Positions 29,950-40,420 are shown, numbered from the stretch's first letter. The stretch is DNA of 64,000 nt from Oscillospiraceae bacterium (GCA_009782435.1 WRJA01000002.1:9180-73179); one strand, 5' to 3'. Program-made: numbers and translations. The notes: generated by a model from the letters alone, not told the origin.

Positions 29950-30414
29950 TTATTTATACACGTCCTTCGCCTCTGCGTATTCATGGTTGGCGACAACGGA
30001 AAAATGGAATATCGGGCGGGTCACCTCAAGTATTCGAAGAGGGTTATGAGCGACCCCTCCGGGCACGAAAATCAGGGAAGTGCGGGTCAGCTTATGTGCT
30101 TCTTTATTGATCGAGAACTCAATGATGCCGCCGAGATCATAAGGATCGCCGGGATTTGAACCGAAAAAACCGATCAGCTCACCGTAACCGTGCTCATGTT
30201 CGGCGAAGATCGGGTCCCGTTCGGGGACAGAGTGATACCATGCCGTGTTCATTTGGAAAGCGCCCGGACAGGCATTTCCGTCCATCCAAAGTATGCGCTT
30301 TGAGAATTTTTCGTAGACAGCCCGAAACTCAGGCGTCATCAGGCCGACCGGTTCCCGGAGTTCCTGTATTATGAAATTCCCGTATTCCCCGCCTTTATTA
30401 TTATCGTAAACCAT
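29950..30414 (-). CDS. Hypothetical protein, possibly cupin-fold
   Basis: 154 aa. SD AAAGGAG lies 7 nt before ATG 30414. His/Glu-rich motif AEHEHGYGE plus IFVPGGVAHNP resemble the cupin motif pair. The family was not recognised. Confidence 0.45.
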   Translation of the reverse strand: MVYDNNKGGEYGNFIIQELREPVGLMTPEFRAVYEKFSKRILWMDGNACPGAFQMNTAWYHSVPERDPIFAEHEHGYGELIGFFGSNPGDPYDLGGIIEFSINKEAHKLTRTSLIFVPGGVAHNPLRILEVTRPIFHFSVVANHEYAEAKDVYK

Positions 30415-30480
30415 GCTTAAATCTCCTTTGTGTGTTCTGTGGCAATGCGTCATTTGATAAAATGCCGCATTGTAAGTATT

Positions 30481-31728
30481 TCAGCTTACGGTGCAGGAGA
30501 GCGTATACCCTCCGAGATAATAACTCCTTACAAGCAGCAGATATGTGCCTTGTCTCAGTTGGGCCGAAACGGATATCGGGCGGTTTATATCGCCCGCTTC
30601 TGTTATGCGGCTCGTTTCGTCACCGGAATAGAGAAACAGATTGACGAACATCCCGTGTTCGGCAACCAGCGTGAAGGTGATACTGCACGGTTCGGAAATG
30701 CTTATCCTGTACCAATCTTCCGTGTCGGTTTTGCCGGTGTCGTTAAAAAAGCCGAGATAACCTGTGACCGTGCTGTCCGGAGCCAAGGGACCGGCTGTGC
30801 TGCCGCTGTCGTTTCCTTTCGGATCGTTACGCATCTCGGTTTCCTCAAATTCGGATGACAGCGTGTAGGAACCGGTATAGTAGCATCTTATACACAGATA
30901 ATATGTTCCCGATTCAAAAAACTCAATTATACCAACAGTTTCGTTTCTGCCGCCTTTAGCGGTTATTGCTGTAACTTCATCGGAAGCGTAAAGATACATG
31001 TTAATGTACATTCCGTCTTCCGCATTCGCGAAAAGACTTAATTTGCCGCCCGAAGGCAGAAAAATCCTGTACCAATCTTCTGTTTTCGGCTTTCCTTCCT
31101 CATGTTCGCCGAAATAGCCGCTCAACTCTGCTCCTATCGAAAGCGTTTTGATATTTTGCTCACGGGTCTCATCGTTTTTTCCGTCCTCCGATAGGATTAC
31201 GGTCCCCGTAACGCCGTCCCAGCTGACGGATAGACCGAGGGCCGAAGCCATTCCGCGCATCGGAAGATATGTCGTGTTTCCCATGATAAAAGGTTCGACT
31301 GTATTGCCGCGCTCGTCGGTTGCGTTTATCTCTTTGCCGTCAAGCAGTATTATTATATCTCTGTAGGTAAGGGTAACGGCAACGGTTTCTACACTCCCGA
31401 GAGTGTACACCGGCTCGGCGGATTTGCCGGAGCTTTGTTTTGCGAGTGAGATCGTGCTTGTCGAACCCTCCCATTCCACGCTGAGCCCAAGCAAAGCTGC
31501 CAGACCGCGGACGGGAAGATATGTCGAACCGTCCATAATAAACGGTTCCGTATAATTTCCGTGTTCGTCTGTCGGAGTAACGACTGTGCCGTCAAGCGTT
31601 ATCCTTATGTCTCTGTAATGGAGAGTGGCGTCGGTCGTTTTATTTTCTGCTGACACGGGAGTAAAACCGAGGACAGCCGTAAAAAGCAGACCCGCGAAAA
31701 TCAAAATCAAGCACTTTTTTATTTTCAT
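30481..31728 (-). CDS. Secreted protein with 2x copper-amine-oxidase-N-like domains and 2x pre-peptidase C-terminal (PPC)-like domains
   Basis: Signal peptide is present. The repeated unit is DG..(V/I)...DE(H/R)GN..EPFIM...TYLP(V/M)RG.A..LGLSV.W. Two DWYRI(F/S)-type beta-sandwich domains follow. Confidence 0.7.
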   Translation of the reverse strand: MKIKKCLILIFAGLLFTAVLGFTPVSAENKTTDATLHYRDIRITLDGTVVTPTDEHGNYTEPFIMDGSTYLPVRGLAALLGLSVEWEGSTSTISLAKQSSGKSAEPVYTLGSVETVAVTLTYRDIIILLDGKEINATDERGNTVEPFIMGNTTYLPMRGMASALGLSVSWDGVTGTVILSEDGKNDETREQNIKTLSIGAELSGYFGEHEEGKPKTEDWYRIFLPSGGKLSLFANAEDGMYINMYLYASDEVTAITAKGGRNETVGIIEFFESGTYYLCIRCYYTGSYTLSSEFEETEMRNDPKGNDSGSTAGPLAPDSTVTGYLGFFNDTGKTDTEDWYRISISEPCSITFTLVAEHGMFVNLFLYSGDETSRITEAGDINRPISVSAQLRQGTYLLLVRSYYLGGYTLSCTVS

Positions 31729-31766
31729 TTTTTATTCTCCTGACGAATGATTGTGCAAGGGCATTA

Positions 31767-32276
31767 TTATAGATCGGCGAAATCTCTGATGCCCGGTATT
31801 TTTGAAAGAGCGAGATAGAGATAGGTTCCTGCTGCGACGCCGAAGAACCCTTGTATCAGATTGCCGGGAACATCGGCCAAAGCTCCCGCGCCGAGCCCCA
31901 ATATTACGGACGCAAAAGCGAAATAACCGGAAATCATAACAGCTTCCGCCGCAATGCCCGCGAGCACGGCGGGAGCTACACGTTTCGGAGACTTGAGCCT
32001 GCGAAGCACGGCGCCCGAAACAAGGGCCATTAAAGCCTTTATTATGAGCGTAGCCGGAGCGTATATAACGAAACCGGACAAGACATCGGCCGCTGCCGAC
32101 CCTATCCCGGCGGCGGCCGCTCCCGAAACGGGACCCATGAGAAAAGCGCTGAGCAGAACGACGGCGTCGCCCGCGTTAAAGTATCCGCCGGCGGGCGATG
32201 AGATTTGAAGGAGGGAAGCAACGCAGCACAGCGCGGCTGAGAGCGCTGAGGCTATCAGTCTTTTGGTTTTAAACAT
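31767..32276 (-). CDS. ECF transporter S component-like membrane protein
   Basis: 169 aa with about 5-6 TM segments. The motif pattern SSPAGGYFNAGDAVVLLSAFLMGP...AAGIGSAAADVLSGFVIYAPATLIIKALMA is typical of ECF substrate-capture proteins. Confidence 0.6.
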   Translation of the reverse strand: MFKTKRLIASALSAALCCVASLLQISSPAGGYFNAGDAVVLLSAFLMGPVSGAAAAGIGSAAADVLSGFVIYAPATLIIKALMALVSGAVLRRLKSPKRVAPAVLAGIAAEAVMISGYFAFASVILGLGAGALADVPGNLIQGFFGVAAGTYLYLALSKIPGIRDFADL

Positions 32277-32280
32277 GATT

Positions 32281-32763
32281 TTATCCTATTACCTCGATGG
32301 AATATATTGACAGATAATACTTGCCGAAGCCGGCGTGCAATATCATAGTGTGACCGACCGAATAAAGTTTGCCGCCGATCACTATGCCGTTATCAGTCAG
32401 TATCCCCACCGCTTCGCCCGTTATATATACGCTGCAGTAACCTTCCTTGTCACCTATGGTTATGATACCGTCATGCGTTACCTCGAAGGATATGGCGTCG
32501 TCAATTATGACGTCGGTCACAACGCCCATGTAAATACTCTCGCCGCCGTCAAAAAGAGTGTCGCCCGGATGCGTGTAAGTCGGCACAAAATCGGGGCACT
32601 CCTCCTCAAAAAACATTATTCGCACTTTTGTCGGCTCAACGCCGGAGGCTCCTATGCCCAGCAGTCTCATACCGACGAAGACGACAAGCAAAACGACCGC
32701 TATGATTATTATTGCGTCAATAATATTGAGTTTGCCGAACAGCATTCCTTTTTTCTTTTCCAT
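32281..32763 (-). CDS. DUF4330-like single-pass membrane protein
   Basis: 160 aa. N-terminus FGKLNIIDAIIIIAVVLLVV followed by a soluble beta-rich domain. Lies 4 nt from the S-component gene. Confidence 0.45.
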   Translation of the reverse strand: MEKKKGMLFGKLNIIDAIIIIAVVLLVVFVGMRLLGIGASGVEPTKVRIMFFEEECPDFVPTYTHPGDTLFDGGESIYMGVVTDVIIDDAISFEVTHDGIITIGDKEGYCSVYITGEAVGILTDNGIVIGGKLYSVGHTMILHAGFGKYYLSIYSIEVIG

Positions 32764-32792
32764 ATTGCTGACCGTTCCTTTTTGTGAATGTA

Positions 32793-34316
32793 TTATTTAC
32801 AGCCGGAGACGCGGGAGAGTTTCACTGCCGCCGCGAGGATAGCAAAGACGAACCAAAACATCACCATGACACGCGGATAACTCCATGCGTAATCGGTCAT
32901 GCCGAAAATCAATGAACCCGCCAAACCCGAGACGCAGCCGGCAATTATGCCCTTGAGGAGCGGAGACGTGCATTTTTTTATACTGCGGACGCCTGAGCGC
33001 ATTGTAAAAAACATTGCGCAAATAAATGAGATGAGACCGAAAATTCCCATTTCCGCCCAAATTTGAAAATAGATATTATGAGCGTGTATGAAAACAGCTT
33101 GCGCCTTGTAAACACCGGACAGCTCAATGGCGTATCTCAACGCGTCCGGTCCGAGACCGACGCCGTATATTGGATTTTTGCCGATAATACCGAGCATCGC
33201 GGAGTATATGTAACCTCGGGTGTATGTTGATGAATCTGAGGCGCTGAATATACTCAGCAGTCTGTTAAGTATTGAAGCCGGCAAAAAGGGAACTGCAATA
33301 AAGCCCAAAACGATGAGAAACGGGACTCTTTTCGGGCAGAGTATCAGCATGAGTACAAATAAGGCAAAGAGGAGGGCAAGGTACCCGCCGCGCGCATATG
33401 TCATCATAAGCGCCGCGCAACACAGGGCGAAAACCGCGCCGAAGCAGATTTTCAGAAGTGTGCCGGGACTGTAAAAGGTCATTGCCAGCATCAGCGGCGC
33501 GAAAAATACAAGGATGTTTGCGTATGAATTTGGGTTTTCAAAAAACGAGTAAACGCGCCCCGGCATACTGCCGAAAAGACTGAGGTCGGTAAGTATCTCG
33601 TCGGCTTCGACCCCTGCGTAGTTTTGAAATACGGCATATAATGAGCTTATGCAAAGTCCGATGGCGGCGAGCCAAATAAGCCGAAACAGGTCGCGGGGGT
33701 CATTCGCGGCGCTGACCGTAAGTATGACTTTGATCATACAAGTCACGCCGAGAAAGAAAAATCTCAAGCTCATTGAAAAATCTTTTGACCAAAAGAGACT
33801 GAGAAGCGTCATGAAGGCGAAAATAACGGGCCAAGGTCCCACAGACGCAAGATCAGCTTTTTTCCCCGGCTCGGTGAAACATGAGGCGTAAAACATAATA
33901 AAAGCTACGGCGGTGATAATGAGGCTGTACAGATTGTTCCATTTCTCCTGAGGAGCTATCAGCATAAACAGCATTAAAAGCCCCGAGAGAGGAAGCGCGC
34001 TCTTACCGAAAAAAGGAAGCGCGTATCTGCAAAACAGGCTTGTTTCAGCCGGGCCTCTAACGTTTGCATACAATCTGTGCAAAAGGTTCGGAATGAGGTT
34101 AACAAGACTTGACGCGGCTTTGTAAAATACCGAGTGTTCCCATGCGCTTTCCGGTGAATTTCCGGAAGACAAAATACGGTGCGTGAGGCTCATACCAAAG
34201 GAACGGCTTATATTTATACACAATCTGTGAATAACGCCGCCGCGGAACCGGTCCGTTATGCGGTCCGCGATGTTTATCGCCGCCGGCAATAATGCGCTGT
34301 TTTTATAAGACGCCAT
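32793..34316 (-). CDS. O-antigen ligase / Wzy-like polytopic membrane protein
   Basis: 507 aa with more than 10 TM segments. A loop with AHNIYFQIWAEMG resembles the Wzy_C motif. Adjacent to a GT2 gene. Confidence 0.6.
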   Translation of the reverse strand: MASYKNSALLPAAINIADRITDRFRGGVIHRLCINISRSFGMSLTHRILSSGNSPESAWEHSVFYKAASSLVNLIPNLLHRLYANVRGPAETSLFCRYALPFFGKSALPLSGLLMLFMLIAPQEKWNNLYSLIITAVAFIMFYASCFTEPGKKADLASVGPWPVIFAFMTLLSLFWSKDFSMSLRFFFLGVTCMIKVILTVSAANDPRDLFRLIWLAAIGLCISSLYAVFQNYAGVEADEILTDLSLFGSMPGRVYSFFENPNSYANILVFFAPLMLAMTFYSPGTLLKICFGAVFALCCAALMMTYARGGYLALLFALFVLMLILCPKRVPFLIVLGFIAVPFLPASILNRLLSIFSASDSSTYTRGYIYSAMLGIIGKNPIYGVGLGPDALRYAIELSGVYKAQAVFIHAHNIYFQIWAEMGIFGLISFICAMFFTMRSGVRSIKKCTSPLLKGIIAGCVSGLAGSLIFGMTDYAWSYPRVMVMFWFVFAILAAAVKLSRVSGCK

Positions 34317-34327
34317 ATTTCAGGTCC

Positions 34328-35341
34328 TCAGTTTCGGTTTTTTAAGGAGTACAGAACCGCAAGCGGGAAAAACAATTTGAAGCGAATCAAAAAGGACACT
34401 GTCATCTTATTTAAGGACATGTTACGGGGCCTGTAGTTTTTGATCGCGTTATCAAAATCCTTTTGCTTGCAAACGGCCCTTACGGTTTTAAGCTTTTCTG
34501 CGAGAGATTTTTTATTTCCGGGCGCGAATTCATTGGATACTGCGATAAGCAGCCCTGCCCACAGGGTATTGTCTCTCCAATATGGAGGCAGGGTCCGCGC
34601 GAAGTTTAAAGCGAGTTTTTCTTTGGTTTTCAGAGAGGCGCAAAAAACGGCAACACAATCCGGCATATGTCTCCTTGTGACCGAGTAAGGGTTTTGTAAA
34701 TAGAAGTACAGGGGTTCGTCGATCGAGTATATTGCAGTCGAATATGAAAAGTATTCCATTAAAAAGATCTCGTCTTCCAGGTATGCGCCGAAAAAACGAA
34801 TATTGTTTTCGATTATGACCGATCTTTTGAACAGATACCTCCAAACCGTACCGAGAATGAGATTGCGGCTCACTCTGTCGGAAAAGAGAGGGATAATGAG
34901 TTTTTCAACAATGTCGTCGTAATTATGCAGTCCGTGGGGAAGAGGAGCTTTTATGGGTTTACAGTTGTCGTTTTGCATGGTAAGATAATATCCGCAGACC
35001 GCGCACTGAGCTCCGGATTCGGCAAGAGCGCCGATCATGCGTTCATAAGCGTCCGGCGACAGCCGGTCATCGGCGTCCGCAAAAGCGATATACTCACCTG
35101 CAGAAGCGTCGATTCCCGCGTTTCTCGCTTCGCTGACGCCGGAATTTTGACGGTGCAATACCGTAACTCGTTTGTCGATAGCCGCCAGCCTATCGCATAC
35201 AGCGGCTGTGTTGTCGGTTGAGCCGTCGTTTACAATGATAACTTCGAGTGCCGGATTTTTGTGTTCCAAGATCGACAGTACGCATTTTTCAAGGGATTGC
35301 CCGGCGTTATATGCCGGAATTATGACGCTTAACTGCGGCAT
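34328..35341 (-). CDS. Family 2 glycosyltransferase
   Basis: LSVIIPAYNAGQSLEKCVLSIL and DxD (FADADD). SD GGAGG before ATG 35341. Confidence 0.85.
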   Translation of the reverse strand: MPQLSVIIPAYNAGQSLEKCVLSILEHKNPALEVIIVNDGSTDNTAAVCDRLAAIDKRVTVLHRQNSGVSEARNAGIDASAGEYIAFADADDRLSPDAYERMIGALAESGAQCAVCGYYLTMQNDNCKPIKAPLPHGLHNYDDIVEKLIIPLFSDRVSRNLILGTVWRYLFKRSVIIENNIRFFGAYLEDEIFLMEYFSYSTAIYSIDEPLYFYLQNPYSVTRRHMPDCVAVFCASLKTKEKLALNFARTLPPYWRDNTLWAGLLIAVSNEFAPGNKKSLAEKLKTVRAVCKQKDFDNAIKNYRPRNMSLNKMTVSFLIRFKLFFPLAVLYSLKNRN

Positions 35342-35461
35342 CCGATATCCTCCGGTCGAGGTATTATTTTCCAGTATATAATATTCTCTGATGTTTTTCA
35401 ATATTCGAAAATGCAGGGTTTCCGGCACGAATGCCGGAAACGGGAGGGAACGACTGAGCCT

Positions 35462-37222
35462 ATGAATATTTTCAGCGTTTTAACTTTTACCGGCGGATTG
35501 GCTGTATTCCTTTACGGGATGCATATTATGGGGCAGGCTCTTGAAAAAAAAGCGGGCGGACGTTTAAAAAGCATGCTCGAGCAAATAACGTCAAAACCAT
35601 TAAGCGGCGTGCTGTTGGGCTTCGGTATCACCGCCGTGATCCAAAGCAGTTCGGCGACAACTGTTATTACGGTCGGACTTGTCAACTCGGGAATATTGGA
35701 TTTGGCGAATTCCGTCGGCATAATCATGGGCGCAAACGTCGGGACAACGGTCACCGCTTGGATATTGAGTTTGGTCGGTATACAAAGCTCGAATTTTTTT
35801 GTTCAAATGCTTAAGCCTTCAAGTTTTTCACCGGTGCTGGCAGCCGTCGGTATTTGTTTGATTTTATTTGTTAAAAGCGAGCGAAAAAAAGACATAGGAC
35901 ACATTCTGCTGGGATTTGCGGTCCTTATGTTCGGCATGGAAACAATGTCGACGACGGTTAAACCGCTTGCAAACGTTCCGGAATTTATTAATGTTTTGAC
36001 AATGTTTAAAGCGCCGGTACTCGGTATTCTGGCAGGCGCCTTGATTACGGCCGTTATTCAATCTTCATCGGCTTCGGTCGGCATACTGCAGGCCATGTCC
36101 ATGACCGGCAGCATTACTTACGGTATGGCAATACCTATAGTGATGGGGCAGAATATAGGCACATGCATAACCGCGATGATGTCTTCCGTAGGGACTAACG
36201 CGAACGCCAGACGCGCGGCGTTGGTCCATTTGTACTTTAACCTGTTGGGGGTAGTTGCATTTTCAGCAGTGTTCTATCTGATAAACGCTTTTATCGGATG
36301 GTCTTTTATGAACTCCACGATAAACGCGATGCAAATTGCTGTTTTTCATTCTGTTTTTAACGTCTTTACAACAGTGATATTATTTCCGCTGAAGAAGCAG
36401 CTTGCGCGTATGGCAGTTGCAAGCGTCAAAGAACCGGAGAATGAGGAGCATTTTCGTTTTCTTGACGATCGCTTGCTTTCGACTCCGGCGTTTGCGGTCG
36501 CGAGATGCAGAGACTTAACGATAAACATGGCTGAACTCGCTAAAGAGACCTTTTCGGCTTCTATAAAAGTACTTGAGGGCTATACTGAGGCGGCCGCTGT
36601 TAAGATTCTTGAAAATGAAGAGAAAATGGACCGCTATGAGGACAAACTCAGCACTTACATGGTCAAACTTTCGGCGAAAAGCATATCCGCTTCTGACAGT
36701 AAAGAACTCGGAACGCTATTGCAGTGTATCGGAGATTTTGAGCGCATAGCCGACCATTCCGTGAATATCATGCAGACGGCGGAGGAACTTTACGAAAAAA
36801 ACGCCGATTTTTCAGAGGAAGCGAAAGAAGATCTGGCAATAATGCGAGACGCTGTTACTGAGATTGTCGACCTTGCCGTGGAAGCATTTGCCGGAAACGA
36901 TTTGGAAGCGGCGCTGAAAGTCGAACCGCTCGAAGAGGTGGTTGACGTTTTAAGAGCCGCGATGAGGTCACGGCACATAGTGCGCCTGCAAAGGACAGAC
37001 TGCACCGTAATGCTCGGCTTCGTTTTCTCCGATCTTTTAACAGATCTTGAAAGAGTGGCGGATCACTGTTCAAATATTGCGATATGCATTATCCAAAGGA
37101 AAGAGGTAAAGGAATTTGACGCGCACAGATATATTGAGGAAATGACAGGCGCCGATAATGAGCGCTTTACCGCGATTCACGCTGAATATCTCGAAAAATA
37201 CAAACTGAGCGCCGACGTTTGA
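35462..37222 (+). CDS. Na/Pi cotransporter family protein with C-terminal PhoU-like domains
   Basis: Duplicated QSSSA(T/S) motifs in the membrane domain and PhoU-like helical repeats (DFERIADH, DLERVADH). SD GGGAGGGA before ATG 35462. Confidence 0.85.
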   Translation: MNIFSVLTFTGGLAVFLYGMHIMGQALEKKAGGRLKSMLEQITSKPLSGVLLGFGITAVIQSSSATTVITVGLVNSGILDLANSVGIIMGANVGTTVTAWILSLVGIQSSNFFVQMLKPSSFSPVLAAVGICLILFVKSERKKDIGHILLGFAVLMFGMETMSTTVKPLANVPEFINVLTMFKAPVLGILAGALITAVIQSSSASVGILQAMSMTGSITYGMAIPIVMGQNIGTCITAMMSSVGTNANARRAALVHLYFNLLGVVAFSAVFYLINAFIGWSFMNSTINAMQIAVFHSVFNVFTTVILFPLKKQLARMAVASVKEPENEEHFRFLDDRLLSTPAFAVARCRDLTINMAELAKETFSASIKVLEGYTEAAAVKILENEEKMDRYEDKLSTYMVKLSAKSISASDSKELGTLLQCIGDFERIADHSVNIMQTAEELYEKNADFSEEAKEDLAIMRDAVTEIVDLAVEAFAGNDLEAALKVEPLEEVVDVLRAAMRSRHIVRLQRTDCTVMLGFVFSDLLTDLERVADHCSNIAICIIQRKEVKEFDAHRYIEEMTGADNERFTAIHAEYLEKYKLSADV

Positions 37223-37353
37223 CAGCCGGCTCGGGTTTGACGCGGCAAAACTCCGGGGATAGAATTGCCTAAGAAATTACTTGCATCCGCCGGTCAACAG
37301 GCGGACCGTTCGCCGCCCGGGCGGGAAATCTGTGAAGTCTTAAAATTGAATAT

Positions 37354-37429
37354 GCCTCCGTAGCTCAGTGGATAGAGCACTCGCCTCCTAAGCGAGGGGT
37401 CATGAGTTCGAGTCTCGTCGGGGGTGCCA
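37354..37429 (+). tRNA. tRNA-Arg (anticodon CCT)
   Basis: 76-nt cloverleaf: acceptor GCCTCCG/CGGGGGT, D-arm GCTC-AGTGGATA-GAGC, anticodon stem CTCGC/GCGAG with loop CT-CCT-AA, T-arm ATGAG-TTCGAGT-CTCGT, encoded CCA. Confidence 0.85.
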
Positions 37430-37435
37430 ACAGTT

Positions 37436-37461
37436 AAAAGTGCTGCAAATGCGGCACTTTT
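37436..37461 (+). terminator. Rho-independent terminator after tRNA-Arg
   Basis: AAAAGTGCTGC-aaat-GCGGCACTTTT. Confidence 0.75.
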
Positions 37462-37575
37462 GGTGTAATAATGAATAGCCAACCGCACGCACAGGGTGAT
37501 ACCGCAGGTCCCGGTTGATTCAGGTTATGACGAGAACGTCATTCGCGGATGGAGCGACTATAGGAAGATGATGAT

Positions 37576-37893
37576 ATGAATCCGTTTTTTACACAAGTTT
37601 ACGAGATCGTCAAACAAATCCCGCCGGGAAAGGTGGTATCATACGGTCTGGTTGCCCGGCTGTTAGGGCGTCCCCGCGCCGCGCGTGAGGTCGGCCGTGC
37701 AATGCGATATTGCCCGGAGGGGTTGCCGTGGCAACGGGTCGTCATGGCGGATGGTTCCGTAACAGGCGGGCTGTTCGCCGATATGCGGAGATTGCTGCTG
37801 GAGGCTGAGGAAGTGACGTTTTTGGCTGACGGCAGGGTTGATATGGAGAAGTGTCAGTGGGATTGGTCAACAGGGATAGGACTGAGTAATTGA
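37576..37893 (+). CDS. MGMT-family DNA-binding protein lacking the acceptor cysteine (alkyltransferase-like, ATL)
   Basis: 105 aa. IPPGKVVSYGLVARLLGRPRAAREVGRAM is followed by PWQRVV in place of the PCHRV active site. Confidence 0.75.
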   Translation: MNPFFTQVYEIVKQIPPGKVVSYGLVARLLGRPRAAREVGRAMRYCPEGLPWQRVVMADGSVTGGLFADMRRLLLEAEEVTFLADGRVDMEKCQWDWSTGIGLSN

Positions 37894-37966
37894 AACAACA
37901 GAGATCGCGTGGTGTGATGTTTTTCAATGTCGAAACCTGATAATACTCCGTCTTCTTATCGCGGGC

Positions 37967-37993
37967 GGTCATGAGTTTGAGTATCGTCGAAGG
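37967..37993 (+). repeat. Degenerate copy of the 3' half of tRNA-Arg (T-arm/acceptor)
   Basis: GGTCATGAGTTTGAGTATCGTCGAAGG compared with tRNA 37398-37424 GGTCATGAGTTCGAGTCTCGTCGGGGG gives 23/27 identical. No matching 5' half is present. Confidence 0.65.
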
Positions 37994-38323
37994 CTCCGGT
38001 AAGTAACCCTGAAGTTGGCAACGGCTGCGAAGATTCTCTGTATTTGTAACGTTGAATATAACGGTGAAATTCCATTGAGAGTTGTAATTAGTATGACTAA
38101 CTTTTTCTTTGAGAGAATAAACAGCTTGCCATGACGAGATAAACATCGTATACTCTTTGTAGCGTAATATTGGCTTTGGAATTTTTAAAAAACCTATGCG
38201 GTAAAATGCAACCGCTCATAACTTAAATGAAGCTGTCAATGAGTAAACTGCTTCAGGCGACTGCAAGAGTCCGGGAATACCGGCCCGCTGTTGGTTACAC
38301 ATTGTTCAAAAGGAGAGTTCTGT

Positions 38324-40420
38324 GTGAAAAATCTGAATGTCAGAGCAAAAATATTGCTTGGATTTGGTATTGCTGTTGCGATGCTTGTAGTAATTGTCGG
38401 CGTGGTTTTCACCTCAAACGCGCAAACCTCCGCGAATTTAGATAATGTTAAATTCGATTCTGACCTGCAAACTATCACTAAACAGTTTACCCTGCATTAT
38501 TTGGAGGCTTGTATTAACGCGGAAGCCGCACACATCACAAAAAATGACGGTGCATACACGGATGTGGTCAAGGAAATAGACATGGTATACACCGATTTGG
38601 AGGAAATGCGTCGTTATATCGGTAATAATCCTTCAAAGGATGACTACATAAACGCGATCGAAGCGATTGAAGGCAAATTTTTAGATTGGAGACAATCGAT
38701 CGTTACTGTTCAAAATAGCAATAAGGTGCTGCAGGATGCCATCGCTGCAGAAGGAGAACAACAGGAAGCGCTTCGTTTAACAGCCGACGCAACATATCTG
38801 AACCAGCAGATCATATGGCAGGAAGAGACACAGCAGGACACTTCTGCGGAGGATAAGCTCCGAAGAGTCGGAAGGCTGGACGAAACCGTTGTATTCATGA
38901 GGGAAATCGACGCTTTGATCCGCGAAGGGAGCTCAATGGTCAGAGCCTTTGATATCTCGCGGAGCGAAGAGTTTTTTGTTGAAATGGACAGGGTTATTGC
39001 AGACCTTCAAGAGAACGGAGATGTTGCGCGTAATCAGGGCACGAAAGATACCGCATATGCAACAGTTGACGCTCTAAACGGCTACAGGGACGCTTTCTTT
39101 GTCTTTGACAGTGCAAACAGGCAAAATAAAACCGACATTACGGAAGCGCAGCGTTTGGGGGATATTGCCTATGAAGCGGCGGATGCGTTTTTGGGCGATT
39201 TGGCAAAATCGGTATATGACGCCGTTGACATAACGATATCGTTTAACCGACTGTCTCTGATAATATCCGTCGTAATTGCGTTGGCAGCCATTGCTGTCGC
39301 TGTTTTTATCGCGCTGTATATCTCCGGGCAAATCAGCAAGCCGCTGGTCGTGCTCTCTGCCTTCATGAAAAAGGCGGGTGCAACCGGCGATATAAATCTC
39401 CGGCCCGAGGATGCCGCTCTTCTCCGGGAATTCTCACAAAGTAAAGATGAAATCGGACAGACTGTGGCAAATACCGCGTCGTTCATTTCACATGTTTCTC
39501 ATATAACCAAGGATTTGGAAAGCGTCGCAAACGGCAACCTCAGTACCGAAATTGAATTGATTTCCGATACGGACACAATGGGGAAATCCTTAAAGCATAT
39601 GGTTGACAGCCTAAATGAAATGTTCTTGGAAATAAACCTTTCCACAGCGCAGGTCTCCACAGGCTCAAAGCAGATAGCAGGCGGCGCTCAGATGCTGGCG
39701 CACGGCTCTACGGTGCAGGCCGCTTCGGTGCAGCAGTTATCATCATCGATTTACGAAATTGCACAGCAGACAAAGGATAACGCGGATATGGCGGAGAGAG
39801 CCGCCGCACTTGCCGGCACGATCAAAAACAATGCCGAAGAGGGCAGCCGCCGGATGGACGAGATGATGTCCGCCGTAAAAAATATCAATACGTCCAGCCA
39901 AAGCATCAGCAAGGTCATAAAAGTCATAGACGACATTGCGTTCCAAACCAACATTCTCGCGCTAAACGCTGCCGTTGAAGCGGCGCGGGCCGGTCAGCAC
40001 GGTAAAGGCTTTGCTGTCGTGGCCGAGGAAGTGCGCAATCTTGCAGCCAAGAGCGCAGAAGCCGCTAAGGACACCGGGGGGCTGATAGCCGATTCGATGG
40101 AAAAAGCCGAACTGGGTTCGCGCATTGCGGGCGATACCGCGGAAAGCTTGGCGGAAATCGTGTCCGGCATCAATGAAAGCAGCCGGATCGTCGAGGAAAT
40201 TGCCCGCTCGTCAGAACAGCAATCAGTCAAGATCGCTCAAGTCAATACGGGCATTGATCAAGTAGCGCAGGTCGTACAGCAAAACAGCGCGACAGCAGAG
40301 GAGAGCGCTGCAGCGTCACAGGAAATGAGCGGCCAATCGGTCATGCTGGAAAACTTGATCGCACAATTTAAATTGAGGGACAACGGAAACGCGCACATTG
40401 ATACCTTAAGATTGCAATGA
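38324..40420 (+). CDS. Methyl-accepting chemotaxis protein
   Basis: TM1, about 300-aa helical periplasmic domain, TM2, HAMP, then the conserved signalling hairpin ([37 protein letters not shown]). GTG start 7 nt after SD AAAGGAGAG. Confidence 0.9.
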   Translation: MKNLNVRAKILLGFGIAVAMLVVIVGVVFTSNAQTSANLDNVKFDSDLQTITKQFTLHYLEACINAEAAHITKNDGAYTDVVKEIDMVYTDLEEMRRYIGNNPSKDDYINAIEAIEGKFLDWRQSIVTVQNSNKVLQDAIAAEGEQQEALRLTADATYLNQQIIWQEETQQDTSAEDKLRRVGRLDETVVFMREIDALIREGSSMVRAFDISRSEEFFVEMDRVIADLQENGDVARNQGTKDTAYATVDALNGYRDAFFVFDSANRQNKTDITEAQRLGDIAYEAADAFLGDLAKSVYDAVDITISFNRLSLIISVVIALAAIAVAVFIALYISGQISKPLVVLSAFMKKAGATGDINLRPEDAALLREFSQSKDEIGQTVANTASFISHVSHITKDLESVANGNLSTEIELISDTDTMGKSLKHMVDSLNEMFLEINLSTAQVSTGSKQIAGGAQMLAHGSTVQAASVQQLSSSIYEIAQQTKDNADMAERAAALAGTIKNNAEEGSRRMDEMMSAVKNINTSSQSISKVIKVIDDIAFQTNILALNAAVEAARAGQHGKGFAVVAEEVRNLAAKSAEAAKDTGGLIADSMEKAELGSRIAGDTAESLAEIVSGINESSRIVEEIARSSEQQSVKIAQVNTGIDQVAQVVQQNSATAEESAAASQEMSGQSVMLENLIAQFKLRDNGNAHIDTLRLQ

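Noticed and set aside
37294-37488. 64-aa ORF on the minus strand
   Set aside because: It runs straight through the tRNA-Arg gene and its terminator. It is an artefact of the ORF caller.
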